A stretch of 64,000 nt of DNA, taken from assembly GCF_009914755.1 (NCBI RefSeq), contig NC_060929.1; one strand, given 5' to 3'. The position numbers were made by a program, and so were the translations under genes. Positions 36,141-50,412 of this stretch are shown piece by piece (position 1 is the first letter of the stretch; every line of letters begins with the position of its first letter). The stretch is from the human T2T-CHM13v2.0 reference genome, Homo sapiens. The notes under the pieces were generated by a model. The model had not been told where the DNA came from, ran no database searches, and saw only the letters and a list, made by a program, of their open reading frames with translations.

Positions 36141-38751
36141 TATATCAGACATGAGTAAAGGAAAGTCTTTTGAATCCACAATACATTGACTGAGTTTAAC
36201 TTGGGTATAACCACAGGTTTTCAGAGTTGAATGAGGACTCAGAGACCATCTAAATCATCTCTGATTTCTTTCGCAGTATTCCTAGTGGACCAGCATCTAC
36301 AGGATTTTCCACAAAAAGGAAATGCACCTCATGATGAAGCATGAACGTTGCTATAGAGATCTGATTGATAGGCAGCTCTGCTTACCTTAAATCCACAGCT
36401 ACATTTGTGATGCTTTCAACCTTCAGAGCCTTTCATGACAGAACAGGTTTTTACTCTCTCTCCCAGTTAGTCATATAAAATGCATATTCCTACTTCTACT
36501 TAATGCATTCTCAAATTTTTCTTCTCCATTAAAAACAAAAACCCTCAAGTTACTAGAGTCATTTCTCATGACCTTTTTTTTTTTTTCTTTCTACCCTGGG
36601 CCATTTGATCTGGACATGCTACATTTAGGCAGTATCCATGTTTTAAGTAAGTAGATACAACCTTAATTAATAAAGCCTTTTGATTAGCTGATAAATCTTT
36701 TTATAGATTATGTCTGGGCACTCCTAGGACTGGTGTATTCCTTGTATTGATGCAGTGATGGTAGCAGCTAAGGGGGAGTAGGCAATGGTTCTCCTTCAGC
36801 CCTAAGGCATACATTTATCCTTTGGCCTTCTCTCCTAACAGCAGCTCTGCAAAGGGGTCTCTGCATGCTCAGATAATAATTATTTCGACTTAAACATTAT
36901 TATGAGTCATTGGGGGGGAAGTGAAAGAAAATATGTTAAACATCTTAGTTTCCTCTTATTATTGAAATTAAATTCAATAAAAAATGGTTAAATTATTTTT
37001 AGTTCCAGTGAGGTAAGTTTACTTATTTTGTTTTAATCCACTAAAGGAAAAGATATGATTTCTCCCGAATGCTGGATGAATTGTGAGTTACTCTACAATT
37101 TGGCTAATGTTGTGGAATCTTAGGGCTATTTATTAATCTAGCAATTATTTATTGCCTAGTTCCTACTCTGGGCATTGCATTGTGTGAGGTGCTAGACAGG
37201 CAAATTAAAAACAGGCAAGAGCCTGGTCTTGTGGAAGCTGAATTCAAGCGGTGAAATACAAATAGTATACAAATAAATAAATAGGTGATGTCGTATAGTC
37301 AGTATGTCAGTAATGAATGCTGTCGTAAAAATGAATTAAAAGTCATATGATAAAAAGTGAGGCATATAATAGGAATTGAATAGATAGATGTTGAATGGAA
37401 GTTTGAGACTATAAACTCCTGGACAGAGACTCCAGCTGAAATCACTGGAAGGAACACTTGCAATAAAAAATAAGAAGAGAGAACCAACGAAAAAGAAAAG
37501 GTGATTTAAAAAAGAAACTAGATGGAAGAAGTTTTCAACTCAATGCCATGTAGAATTCAGTATAAGACATTTTGCCTAGTTACAGAAGATACAGGCTACA
37601 ACTTGCTTGATTTCCAAATTGAATGTTTTAAGGAAAAAACAGCCATTTTATATAATGCTGGAACTGAAGAAAACAGAATCCTTTAATGTGTTACCACACC
37701 AGCTATTCCCTCTTCACTACCTGAGCTTTTTGCACTCCCAGACTGGCTCCTCATAATTAAGGTGTCCTTCAAATATCACCTTCTCTGAGAAGTATTCCCT
37801 AGTCACCCGATCCAATTCATCCCCCATTTCCATGTTACCTCCTATCTCAATATCATGATACATATTTTTAAGATACTTGTCAGGATCTGAAATCATCTTA
37901 TTATATTTTCTTGATTTTTTTTTTTTCTTACTCTACAATAAAGTAAGCTTCATGAAGTAGGGATCCTGTGTGTCTTTTTCAACTCTGTATCTCTAGTGTG
38001 GGGAACACTGCCTGGAACAGAGAAGGGAAATAGTAAAATTGGTTATTACTTGGTATTTCATTTTTATTAAGCAAACTTGTATTAATATGTCAGCATAGGG
38101 AGGACTTATAATTATGACTATGTACTATAAGGGGAAATATTAAGAGATCTAATCATCTGGAGAAAAAAAGACCTTGACAGGGCACTCTAGAACTGCCTTT
38201 GCAGGTCTGAAGGGCTATACTTGAAAAGAGGGTGCAGACTTGTTATGTTGGGCTCCATTGTTGAGAACTAGAATGTTGGAGGCCACATCCCAGTGGAGCT
38301 CTGTTCAATGTGATAAAGAACTCCTGAGCAGTCGAAAAAGACCAAAAATTCAGTGACCTTCTTTGGTGATGAGTCTGGAAAATTGGAGTAAATCCTTATT
38401 TTTTTTTTATTGTTCAAGAAAACACTGGCACCTTTTAGATGTTAGTAAGTGTTCTATAACATGATAAATAAACTGTAGCCAGTTAAGTTTTGGAAAAATT
38501 GAGTTAAATAAAGTGAAAACTTTCCATATTGCAAAAAAATGTAATTGAACCTTTAATAAAATAAAATGTATTGTGAATTCCTCAAAAAGAAATGGAGTAC
38601 CCAGAGTTTCCCATGTCTGGTTGATCAGGGAATCTTATTTTCAAGAAACACTTATTAACATTTTATGAAATACCAGGGTCTTGAAGATCAAAAGTCTATA
38701 GTTCTCCACATGTGAAAAGAATATGCATATTGAGGGTCTGGGGGTAGAACG

Positions 38752-39531
38752 TCATGGACTGAATTTTGTGTCCTCAAAATGTATATGTTGATCTCTGATT
38801 TAAAAAAAAAAGAAAAAAAGAAAAACTTCATCTGAATTACATTTAAAGAAGTTGAGTTTAACTGAGAAATGAATGATTTGCAAATTGGCAGCCTCCCTAG
38901 CAAGAGTAGGCTCTGAGACTCCGGCGCAGTCATGTGGTGGAAGAAAATTTATAGACAGAAAAAGTAAAGTGATGTACAGAAAATGACAGTGAGGTGCATA
39001 AACAGCTGGATTGGTGATGGCTCAGCCTTTGCCTTATTTGAACACAATTCGAACAGTTGGCTACATTTGATTGGCCAAAACTCAGTGATTGCCACAAGTG
39101 TAGGCTATGGTCTGTTTACACCTCCACTTGTAATAGTTCACGATGTACAGAGAAACCTTTAGACTGAACTTAAAATATGTAGGGAGGCAGCTTTAGACTA
39201 AACTTGATTTAACATCTCCAATGTGACTATATTTTGAAATATGGCTTTAGGATAGTAATTAAGGTTGAATGAGGTCATAAGAGAGGGACTCTAATCCAAT
39301 AGAACTGGAGTCCTTATAAGAAAAGGAAGAGACATCAGGGGCATGTACACAGAGAAAATACCAGATGAACACACAGTGAGAAGACAGACTGTCTGCAAGC
39401 TACAGGGAGAGGCCTCGGGAGAAACCAGACCTGCTGGCATTTTGATTTTGGATTCTAGAAGTGAAAAAATTTCTGCTGTTTAAGCTCCTCAGTTTGTGAC
39501 ATTTTGTTACGGCATCCCTACAGACTAATAC
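38752..39531 (+). mobile_element. MLT1A/B LTR interrupted by an ERV1 LTR
   Basis: catggactgaattttgtgtcctcaaaat ... taaggttgaatgaggtcataagagaggg...cagactaataca. Confidence 0.8.
38796..39214 (-). mobile_element. MER57-like ERV1 solo LTR
   Basis: TG...CA ends with 4-bp TSD tctc (38792-38795 and 39215-39218), plus gaggcagctttagactaaacttgatttaaca. Confidence 0.8.
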
Positions 39532-39599
39532 ATTTCCTGCTGTTGGCTAACTCTGAGGTTACAGGTATCTTTTCAGCACTGAGCACAGGAAACATGATT

Positions 39600-40230
39600 A
39601 TTTATTTATTTTTAAATGTTTTTTTAAATTGACAGATAACATTACATATTTTTATCTTGTACAATCTGATGTTTTGAAGTACATTTACACTGAAGAATGG
39701 TTAAACCTAGCTAACTAACAAATGCATTACCACTAATAGTTATCATTTTTGTGGCAAGAGCACATAACATCCACTTTCTTGACATTTTTTCAGAATAAAA
39801 ATGAATATATCATCATTAACTCTAGTCACCCTGCTGTATAATAGTTCTGCTGAAATGTATTTCTCCTAACTGTAATTATGTCTCCTTTGACCAATGTCAC
39901 CCCATCTCCACCTTCTTCCTAATAACTCTAGCCTCTGGTATAGGCAATGTCCTACACTTGCTTCCCTGGCCTTCTCCCAAGCAAGTATCTATCTCTCTCC
40001 AAGCTGTGCTGCCTGGGGTTAGAGGAGGGGGTTGTGGGTAATATAAAACTGTCTTTTCTACCCTCTTCAATGTATATTTTCTTCTTATTATTTTTAAACT
40101 AGGTACTCTTACCTGGTTTATTTAGCTCTTGTCAAGATTTTTCCTGTATGGGTAATTGTTACAAATCAATTTTTCTGTTCAGGGACAATCACTGGAGAAT
40201 CCTACTCTGCCATCATGCTCTGCTCCTTCC
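39600..40230 (-). mobile_element. Old L1MA 3' end plus a further L1 fragment
   Basis: ttgtacaatctgatgttttgaagtac...ctagctaactaacaaatgcattacc...tagtcaccctgctgtataatag. Confidence 0.7.
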
Positions 40231-41804
40231 TAGTAAACATGATTTTTACCAATTGGAGCTGGGAGCTGTGTGTGTGTGTGTGTGTGTCTGTGTGCATGTG
40301 CTCATGTGCACGTGTGCGTAAAGAGTCTTCATCCAGATACTGTGAGGTCCCCTAGGAACAACATAAATTAAGAAAAAAAAATAGTTGTTACTGTTCATCC
40401 AAATCACCTTGTTCCATGATTGGAGCTATTTAGTCTCAATGGCCCAAAAAGAAGTGAAGGTATTCAAAGCATAAGATCCCTGGATGTGCTAACTCCCTGC
40501 TCTCATGAGATGCAGGGAGCAAAGTCTTGCCAGACACAAAGTCAAAATGCAAATATCCAGATTCCTAGGTCACTGTGCCCTCAGTGGTCACAAGGACATG
40601 ATCATAATCAGGGCTATCTTGAAAAATAAAAAAGAAAAGAGTTGGGATGTGAAGGGGCCATAAAGGGAAAGAAGAAGAGACAAATCTAAGCCAGTGATTT
40701 TTAAACTGTCAAAAGACCGCTTGAGAGTGTTCAGTGGTTTGTTTGCTGGATGTCAAGAAGAAAGGCACCCTGGTGGGGGTGGGTGAGAGGTGCTGGTGAA
40801 GCAATGAGGAGGGAAAACCAGAATCAATTAATAAAGTTCCACCCTCCCCTTCCCACCTAGCCTCACTCCTCAGCCTTATTTACTGTATAAATTAGTGTAC
40901 CATGGATGGCTTTTTAACTCGAAAATGTGAACTACCAATCTAGGCTAATCTTACTAGATTTAGAGGAAGTAGAGAGCTCACATTGGAGAAGGGATTGTCA
41001 CAGCGTTGCTCCCTAGATAGATGGGGATGGGGGACAGGATAGGAACCCTTGGATCCTGGCTCTCAGTCCTCCCCTCTCTCCACTGGAGTGAACCCTCTTT
41101 CCAGATGATCCTCACAGATGAAAATGTCACACACTCTGGCCCAGTGTTCAGCTCCCTCTGCTGCTCACTCAAAACTTAGCTGTCCTTCCTGACTACTCTG
41201 ATTCTGCCAGTTACACTCCTATTATTTCAGTGTCCAATGAGTTTACAAATCTACCTTTTAGGTTTAGATTTAAAGGTAATACACAGGAGTGATTAAAAAG
41301 AATCTTTAAGCTCTTTACCTTAAACTAGTCATATCTCTTAAGTTCCCATTATTGCAGCTAAATAGCAGGGAGAATAGCCATTCCTATTTCCTAAGATTGT
41401 TTTAAGTATGAAATGAGATAATGCACACAGCAGGTGTAGTGCAGTTCTAGCACTTCATAAGTGCTGAATATATGGTTAATTTTCTTATTATAACAGTCCA
41501 TCCTTAACGCCACTATTCTATACCTGGATTCCTGCACAGCTACAGTGCTGGCTTCCCTATTTCCCTCCAGCTAACTAACCCAAAAACTCTTCATACAGAC
41601 CTTGCTCCAATTTAATTCCCTCACCCTTCTCTAACCCTCTAATGAGTTATCCCACTCTTCCTTGTGACACCCCAAATCTATAAGGGAATAAATCCCCAAT
41701 ACTCTCAATTTTTTATATTAATTTTTTATGCTTTTCTTCCAAACCTTTTCCCATTTGCCCTGAGAATACTCGCTGGTAGCACTTGTGGCTGCAGCATTTA
41801 CCCC

Positions 41805-42771
<967 letters not shown>

Positions 42772-44558
42772 ATACTGATCATCATTTACATTTCTGTTAC
42801 ATTAGGATTAGAGATAAGTTCTGTTTAGAAATAACTCCAAGAACAGTTTTTGTATTTTATTTTCACATTGAAAATTAGATTTACTTCAGCCTCAAAGAGC
42901 ATGTTTATGTAAAAATAAATGAATGCCGGCAGCAAGCTGCACTTTTTTTTTCTAAATGGGAAAAGAGCTAATTTTATTCTGCCTTCTTCATGATGAAACC
43001 AGGACCATAGTTATTCTCTCTTACAAGGCCTCAAGATTTTCTCCTTGGAGAACTATAAGGATAAATGAAAAAACTATCCTGAAATGGACTGCTTTTATCT
43101 TCACAGGCTTTGACTCTCATTTTAAAAGCCTCCTCCATAATTTGTGCCTCAGTATCTGGCTGGAAAATTTCCTCTCTATGTAAATGGCTTCCAAAACCCA
43201 AACCAACCCCTCTCCTGATCCCTTGACCTCACCTTTCCTCATCCTTTTCAATCGAGAGACGTTTATCTCCACCCACTGGATACACCCTGAGGATCATTAT
43301 CTCAGCCCCACCCCTGAGAAATAGTATCCGACAACTTGATTCCTAGCCCTGTCTCAATAAACAATTGTTCTTATTTCCTATACCTACCACATTTTGCCTA
43401 AACCTTGATCTCTAAACACTTAAATGCCTGTACCTTGTGTAGCCCATCAGAAACTTCTGGAACATTTAACTCTCTTTCAAGCTTTGCCACCTCCTAATGC
43501 AGTCTTTATGGTATCTTCAAGCCTCTGATGTATCCATTCCCTATCTATAAAATCACTGTTCCCCATTTCTCACTCTGTGTCGCACAAACTTTGGGAGAAA
43601 TACGAGGAATAGTACTAATTGGGCCTTCTAAAATCTAGTTCTAACTTGTCCAGTGGCCATTAATCTTTAGATCCATTGCTGACTATCTGACATGCTGCCA
43701 AGTCTTCTATCATCTGTCTCAAGCTCCCAAACGAACCCAGTTCTCCCAGTGCAAAAAAGCAAACCAGCACTGAACAACTAGAGCCTACCTTACAGTGGGC
43801 TTCCCCCATCTCTCCTTCCTTACCCTTCAAAATATGCCTGTCTCTACATTTATCCACTCTTCTCTCTCTCATGTGTCAGAGAAAATGGTTTTTCATCTGT
43901 GCTCTTAACCTTATTTTCTATCTTTCTACATGCATCTAATTAGCCACTCTCTACCATGTATGTAAAATTTCTTCTTCTCTTTGGTTTTAAGACATGCTCA
44001 GTCTATCCTAGATCTTTCTGTAGCCTCAGCTTCTTCCATTCCTCCTTTGACTATCAAAAATTTAAAAAAAAATCTGTGATCCTATCTTTTACCACCATTT
44101 TGACCACCCTTTGACCCTATTCCCACTCCTCTTTGATAAAAGCACATTTTCAAACTGCAATAAAGATACCTCATCTTGAAACACAATGGCTTTTTCTTAG
44201 GATTCATTCTTTTCAAACATTCATGGCAAACAATGAAACCTACAATTACCTCTCCTTATTGGAACCTTCACTTTGCTTCTTTTCCTTGACTGAACTCAGC
44301 AGTTTCCTCCATTAATTGTATCATGATCCTTGGGAGATTACTTAAATCCTCTGAGTCTTAACTTACTCACTGGCAAAACTAGGGTAACAAAAACTCCTTC
44401 CTTAATGAGTTGTTATAAAGAGCACATTCCATATTATTAGCTACCATATATCAAGATCTAATTATGAGCTTGGTGCCCTAATACACAAATACATACAAAC
44501 CACACAAGCATACCACACAGACACCTCACAGACATGCATCCATAAGAGATTATATGCA

Positions 44559-45001
44559 CAGTTGACCCTTGAATAAAATTGGTCTGAACTGCACATGTTG
44601 ACTTATACATAGATTTTCTTCTACCTCTGCCACTCCTGAGACAGTAAAATCAACTTTTCCTCTTTCTTCTTCTCCTTAGTCTACTCAAGATGAGGACAAC
44701 AAAGATGAAAACTTTTATGATGATCCATTTCCACTTAATTAATGTAAATATATTTTATCTTCCTTACAATTTTCTTAATAACATTTTCTTTTTTCTAGCT
44801 TACTTTGTTGTAGGAATACAGTGTATAATACATGTAACATACAAAACGTGTAGATTAACTGTTTATGTTATTAATAAGGTCAACAGTAGGATATTAAGGA
44901 TATTAATAGTTAAATTATTGAAAAATAAAAAAATTGTATGTTAATTTTTCAACTGTGGTGGTGTCAGCACCCCGGACGCCATGTTGTTCAAGAGTTGAAT
45001 G
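44559..45001 (+). mobile_element. Tigger2a/MER28-like MITE
   Basis: TIRs cagttgacccttgaa ... ttcaagagttgaatg followed by TA. Confidence 0.85.
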
Positions 45002-45710
45002 TATAATGTGTGTGTGTGAGAGAGTGTGTGTCTGTAAAATCTAATTTAACACTCAAAACAACCTATGAGGTAAATATTATTTCTGTCATAAGGATGAAGA
45101 CACTAAAGTATCAGATGTTAACCTAAATACTAAAAGACACACAGTCAACATTTTTTAGAAGAAAGATTCTAAATGGGATATACTCAATGCCCATGCTCTT
45201 AACTACTAGATTACATTGCCTCCCAAACAGATATAGGAGTAAAATATTAGAGATTATGCAATATCATTTATTAGTCACTTAATATGTCTTGTAGATGCTA
45301 GTTTTAGAATGTACTAAAATAAACCTGCCAAGCAGTAAACTAGTGGGACAGTCTACTGCCTTCCCCCAGGTCTTCATACATATGTCCTTAAACTCAATAA
45401 GCAAACTGCAGCTATTTGGACAGTTGTGCATGGACAATACAGTTTACAATCTAATGTCAGCAACTCATAGCATTAACTCTTGGTTTGTAAATAATAATAA
45501 CAATCACAATAATATTATTAAATGCACTGTGCTTTAGAGCAGACTTTTATGTATATGATTCCAATTATGTGAACTCTATTGTGGCTAACAACAGGCCCTA
45601 TTGGACTGGGATGAAACTCAGTCTCTGGGATGGTCTCTGTTGTTTGCCAACTATTCTAGTTCTTCATCCAACCTTCAGGTCAGGGAACAGGTCAGGACAA
45701 GGTAAGACTG

Positions 45711-46072
45711 TGTATTAATCTGTTTTCAAGCTGCTGATAAAGACATACCCAAGATTGGGTAATTTATAAAGAAAAAGAAGTTTAATGGGCTCACAGTTCC
45801 ACATGGCTGAAGAGGCCTCACAATCATGGCAGAAAGTGAATGGCATGTCTTACATGGCAGCAGGCAAGAGAGAATGAGAGCCAAGTGCAAGGGGAAACCC
45901 CTTATAAAACCATCAGATCTTGTGAGACTTATTCACTTCCATGAGAACAGTATGGGGGAAACTGCCTCCATGATTCAATTATCTCCCACCAGGTCCCTCC
46001 CACAACATATGGGAATTATGGGAGCTACAATTCAAGATGGGATTTGGGTGGAGACACAGCTAAACCACATCA
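45711..46072 (-). mobile_element. THE1 solo LTR
   Basis: tgtattaatctgttttcaagctgctgataaagacataccc...aaaccacatca, TSD gactg/gattg. Confidence 0.93.
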
Positions 46073-46905
46073 GATTGATTGCACTCACTCCATACATAAC
46101 AAAGCATGTGATGGCCACGAGACCATGAGGGGAAGTGACAGCAGTATTGCTCTGGGCTGGAAGTTTTAATTGCTAAAATGAGAACTCCTTGAGAACGAAC
46201 TCAACTTCACTTCACCTTGACTACAGTGTTCCAAATAGTGATGACTCTGCCCACTTGGCATCCACAGTGAAGGCAATGTAGCATGAACAGCTGACTACCA
46301 TACAAGTGTAGCTTGAGTAAGAAACAAAGTTTTGTTTTAATTCACAGAAATCTTGTGGTTACATGTTATCACGACATAACCAAGCCTTTTGGATTGATAA
46401 AGGCTCACAGCATATAACGACTTATCCAAGATTATACAGGTAGAAAATATCAGAAGTATTATGTTAGTGCTTTTCTCCATACCTCATAAATGCTAATGTC
46501 AGTGTTCCTTCCATTAGGTCCCAGTTTGCTTCATTGGTTCATTGCCTCAAAAATAAACAATATTTCCCCAGGTGCCAAGATATAAACGTAGGTGTAATCA
46601 GTCTAATCGGGGTTTAATAGATTCCAGTTTCGTAAAATAAAGGAGGTTTGAGATTTTCACTTATTTCATAACTAAGTCAAGAAGCTCATACTTAGTCTCT
46701 TCTAGTTCATGAAGTTTAGAATTCTTAACAGTCCCACCTTTGGGGAAGATAGAAAATACTTCTTACCTCAAATAATCAAATCATTGGTCAGATAAGAAGT
46801 GGCAGTTCAGTAACAAGGACTGTAACACAGCCCAGGGTGTGGCACCGTGCTTTGAGATCCTCTGGATGACCTCACAGGAAAGGCGGAGAAACCAAGCCTT
46901 GCATA

Positions 46906-46913
46906 TATATAAA
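46906..46913 (+). promoter_or_regulatory. SPINK7: SPINK7 TATA box
   Basis: TATATAAA 89 nt upstream of the ATG. Confidence 0.8.
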
Positions 46914-46994
46914 CATGACCCCTTACCTGGGATATGGTCGATGCAGCTGTAGTGACAATCTCAGAGCAGCTTCTACACCACAGCCATTTCCAGC

Positions 46995-47055
46995 ATGAAG
47001 ATCACTGGGGGTCTCCTTCTGCTCTGTACAGTGGTCTATTTCTGTAGCAGCTCAG
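46995..47055 (+). CDS. SPINK7: SPINK7 exon 1 (MKITGGLLLLCTVVYFCSSS)
   Basis: agcATGa start, signal peptide, donor G|GTAAGT, 61 nt. Confidence 0.97.
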
Positions 47056-47884
47056 GTAAGTTAAGGTCAGACAGTGCCCTATATAGCCATTAAGATTGTT
47101 TTCATAAATAATCCCTCCTGCGATGTGAGCATCTCAGAAACATCTGGTTGTAAGAATTTAAAGTGTACTGGTTTGTAATAGGATCTTATGTTCCATCTGG
47201 AGTTTGAGAGACTTGAGTCCAATGTCTTCACTTTCAAGGATTCTTATTTGCATCCATAGAACAAAAAATGATCTAATTTCTCTGTAAGTCTTCCATTTCT
47301 ATGTTCATATGGACACTGGAAGTTGTCAGTGTTATTAGATATACCATTTCTTAGTGCAAAGATACAGAAAAACTTGGATGTCTTCCCAAATCAGTTTGGG
47401 GGGATTAAAATAAAACACAAGTCTCAAAAAGCCAAGGGTCAACAATTAGACTTTTATACTGTGAAAAATTAATTAAAGTGTTTCCAACCACATAAAGACA
47501 TTCAATTGCATTTCTTTATGTCAATTGGGAAGGAAAGGATATCAGAGATGATCCTTCAGGCTCTTAGGAGTGATGATTTTAATACTTCTTATTGCTACTT
47601 GACTTTGGCCATTATCAAAAACACTATGAGGTTCAGAAAACATTCCATGATCAATAAATAGAGGAAATTTTTATAATTCTCTTACCTAAACCAAGGGTTA
47701 ACCTAACCCATTGGCCATTCAACTTCCTCAGCAAACAACTAGGATTTTGCATAAGGATGGAGAGTGTGCTGAATCTCATTGCTAAAGGAAATGTAGAGTA
47801 ATTATATAGGATGAAACTTATATTAATTAATGAGATTTAAAGTTTGCTTTACTTTTAACATCTTCATCTGTATCTCTTTTTCAG

Positions 47885-47910
47885 AAGCTGCTAGTCTGTC
47901 TCCAAAAAAA
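47885..47910 (+). CDS. SPINK7: SPINK7 exon 2 ((E)AASLSPKK)
   Basis: Acceptor ctctttttcag|, donor AAA|GTAAGT, 26 nt. Confidence 0.95.
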
Positions 47911-48610
47911 GTAAGTATGTTGAATAACATTTTAATGTCAATAACTATTGACTGTCATTTAGTCAACATATATGTAGGATAAATTATGTTTAGGGGGATT
48001 CGAGAGGGAGGCAAACACACATGGAGAAATGGTACCTGTTCTCCAGAAGGCAACTAAACAAATATGACATACATATAAACAACCATATTTTAAAAATGTT
48101 TTTTAAAAATGCCAGAGTTAAAGAAGGGAGAACCGCCTTCCAGCTGAGAAGTTGGTGATGTTTTCATAAAAGGCATAACGTGTAAAAGGCAGAGCAAAAG
48201 TACCCTGATAAATTGCACAGGCTCTAGATTCAAATCCTAACTCTACTACTTACCAGCATTTATCTTCAACAAGTTATCTCTATTTCTAAGCTTTAATTTT
48301 CACATTTGTAAAGAGAGGTAATAGTAGAATTTACTCTAGTTGTTCTGAAGATTAAACAAGAAAATTCATGCAAGATTTAAGTTTAACGCCTAGCCCAGAA
48401 ATGCCCAGCAATTGTTAACTGAGTGTAGCAGAAAAAAATAGAATACCAGTAGTGCTAGTATTTGTCATAGTGATAACACTAGTACTTAAAGAAGTGGCCA
48501 AGCAACATCTGAATATCTGAGCTGGGACTTCCAGCCCTTGTAGTATATCTAATAGTGGCCTAGCTTGGGGTCTGGGAGAAAAACAGGACATTTGCTTGTA
48601 TATGACACAG

Positions 48611-48735
48611 GTGGACTGCAGCATTTACAAGAAGTATCCAGTGGTGGCCATCCCCTGCCCCATCACATACCTACCAGTTTGTGGTTCTGACTACATCACC
48701 TATGGGAATGAATGTCACTTGTGTACCGAGAGCTT
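48611..48735 (+). CDS. SPINK7: SPINK7 exon 3 ([41 protein letters not shown])
   Basis: Acceptor gacacag|, donor TT|GTGAGT, five Kazal cysteines, 125 nt. Confidence 0.98.
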
Positions 48736-50149
48736 GTGAGTACCTCATAAGAAGAAAATGAGATCTGGAGTCAGTGCTCTCTACTACAAACGCTTCTACT
48801 TTCCAGGATCCAGCTTAAATCTCTATAAGCTGTAATTTATAATTATTCCCACCCAGAACAGCAGGTGGGGATAGAAAACTGACTGTTGCACAATCAGACA
48901 GGGTAGAGTCACCTGCTCTGCCAGCTTGGACTAGTCCCATCCCATCACAGAACCTCCAGTTCCTGTCTGTCAATTGTGAGAATCCAGTAAGGCTGTGGAT
49001 TCTCAAACTGCTGTCCCCAGAGCACAGAGGTTCTATAGAGGCAAGTCAGGAGTCACCATTAGGGTTAAAGGGACTATTTGGGGTAGTTGACAACATAAAG
49101 TTCAGCTTTGACTATTTTAAGTAGTGGAGTGCCATACAATATCATGCTTGAAGAAAGGGCCCTGAATCCCCACCCCCCATAAAATAATTGAAAACTACTA
49201 CACTACCTGACTTAGATTCTAAGATAATTAACATCCTCACTGCAGCTTGATTCTTAGACAAAGTGTCCCTAGAGGTTCTTTATCTTCGAATTTCTAGAGG
49301 CTCTAAGTATCTGTAGCTTTAAGGGGGGAATAAGGCTACAAAAATGATTACTTTTCCTTTATCTAAAATAAGGGATGCAAGCTGTCAGTATTTGGACCAG
49401 AATACCACGGACATGTTTTGTTTAGGTATTTTCTTTGGCCCACAAAATGTTTTTGCAGAAATGTAGCTAGGCAGATGTCACTTCTTTGGTACAAGACATG
49501 CAAATTACACTTAACTGTCTCATAGCAAGTCTGCTGTGATCATCGTTAACTCTTTTAGGCCACTGGATTTTGGACACTTAGATCTTGCGTTTTCATCTTT
49601 GTGATTATCTTAACAAGTGAGAACAACAAGCCCTTAGCCCAAAAGGACATGTCTATGTATTTATTCCTATTTGGGAGGTTTTATTTCACAAAAGGGAAAA
49701 TTCTGTAACATAGGCAGACTGGGAAACTAGCCCTTGGCCAGGAAACTAGCTGTTTTCAAGGGACACTGGAGAGAAACATGATGAAAGTCCTCCTCACTAA
49801 TGCAGGATCCAGCTTCGTCAAAGGACTTGCTGACCAGGAAAAGCTGAGAGACAGGCCCTCTCAATTTTGTCAGAGTACTCTTTCTTTGTTGTGTTAAGAC
49901 ACTGGGTGGTCAGTGGGGCTCTGGAATCAGAGGAGGCAGCAGAGGGGTGGAATTATCACTGGACTAGGGAAATTCTGCTTCTTCCTCTGTCAGAATGTGC
50001 TTTGGCAAGGTCATTCATTTTCTGAGACTCAGTTTCCTTATCTGTAAAATGAGGTGCTGCCTCATAATCTCTATAGTTCCTTTCAGCTCTAACATTACAT
50101 AAAATTTCCTCTTGTGCTAATGAATCTTGTGAACTGTGTCTTCCCTTAG

Positions 50150-50195
50150 GAAAAGTAATGGAAGAGTTCAGTTTCTTCACGATGGAAGTTGCTAA
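50150..50195 (+). CDS. SPINK7: SPINK7 exon 4 ((L)KSNGRVQFLHDGSC*)
   Basis: Acceptor ttcccttag|, TAA at 50193-50195. Total 258 nt = 85 aa + stop. Confidence 0.97.
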
Positions 50196-50231
50196 ATTCT
50201 CCATGGACATAGAGAGAAAGGAATGATATTC

Positions 50232-50251
50232 TCATCATCATCTTCATCATC
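50232..50251 (+). repeat. (TCA)3 TCT (TCA)2 short tandem repeat in the SPINK7 3'UTR
   Basis: tcatcatcatcttcatcatc read directly. Confidence 0.85.
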
Positions 50252-50406
50252 CCAGGCTCTGACTGAGTTTCTTTCAGTTTTACTGATGTTCTGGGTGGGG
50301 GACAGAGCCAGATTCAGAGTAATCTTGACTGAATGGAGAAAGTTTCTGTGCTACCCCTACAAACCCATGCCTCACTGACAGACCAGCATTTTTTTTTTAA
50401 CACGTC

Positions 50407-50412
50407 AATAAA
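50407..50412 (+). terminator. SPINK7: SPINK7 polyadenylation signal AATAAA
   Basis: AATAAA about 210 nt after the stop, followed by a GT/T-rich element at about 50440-50460. Confidence 0.85.
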
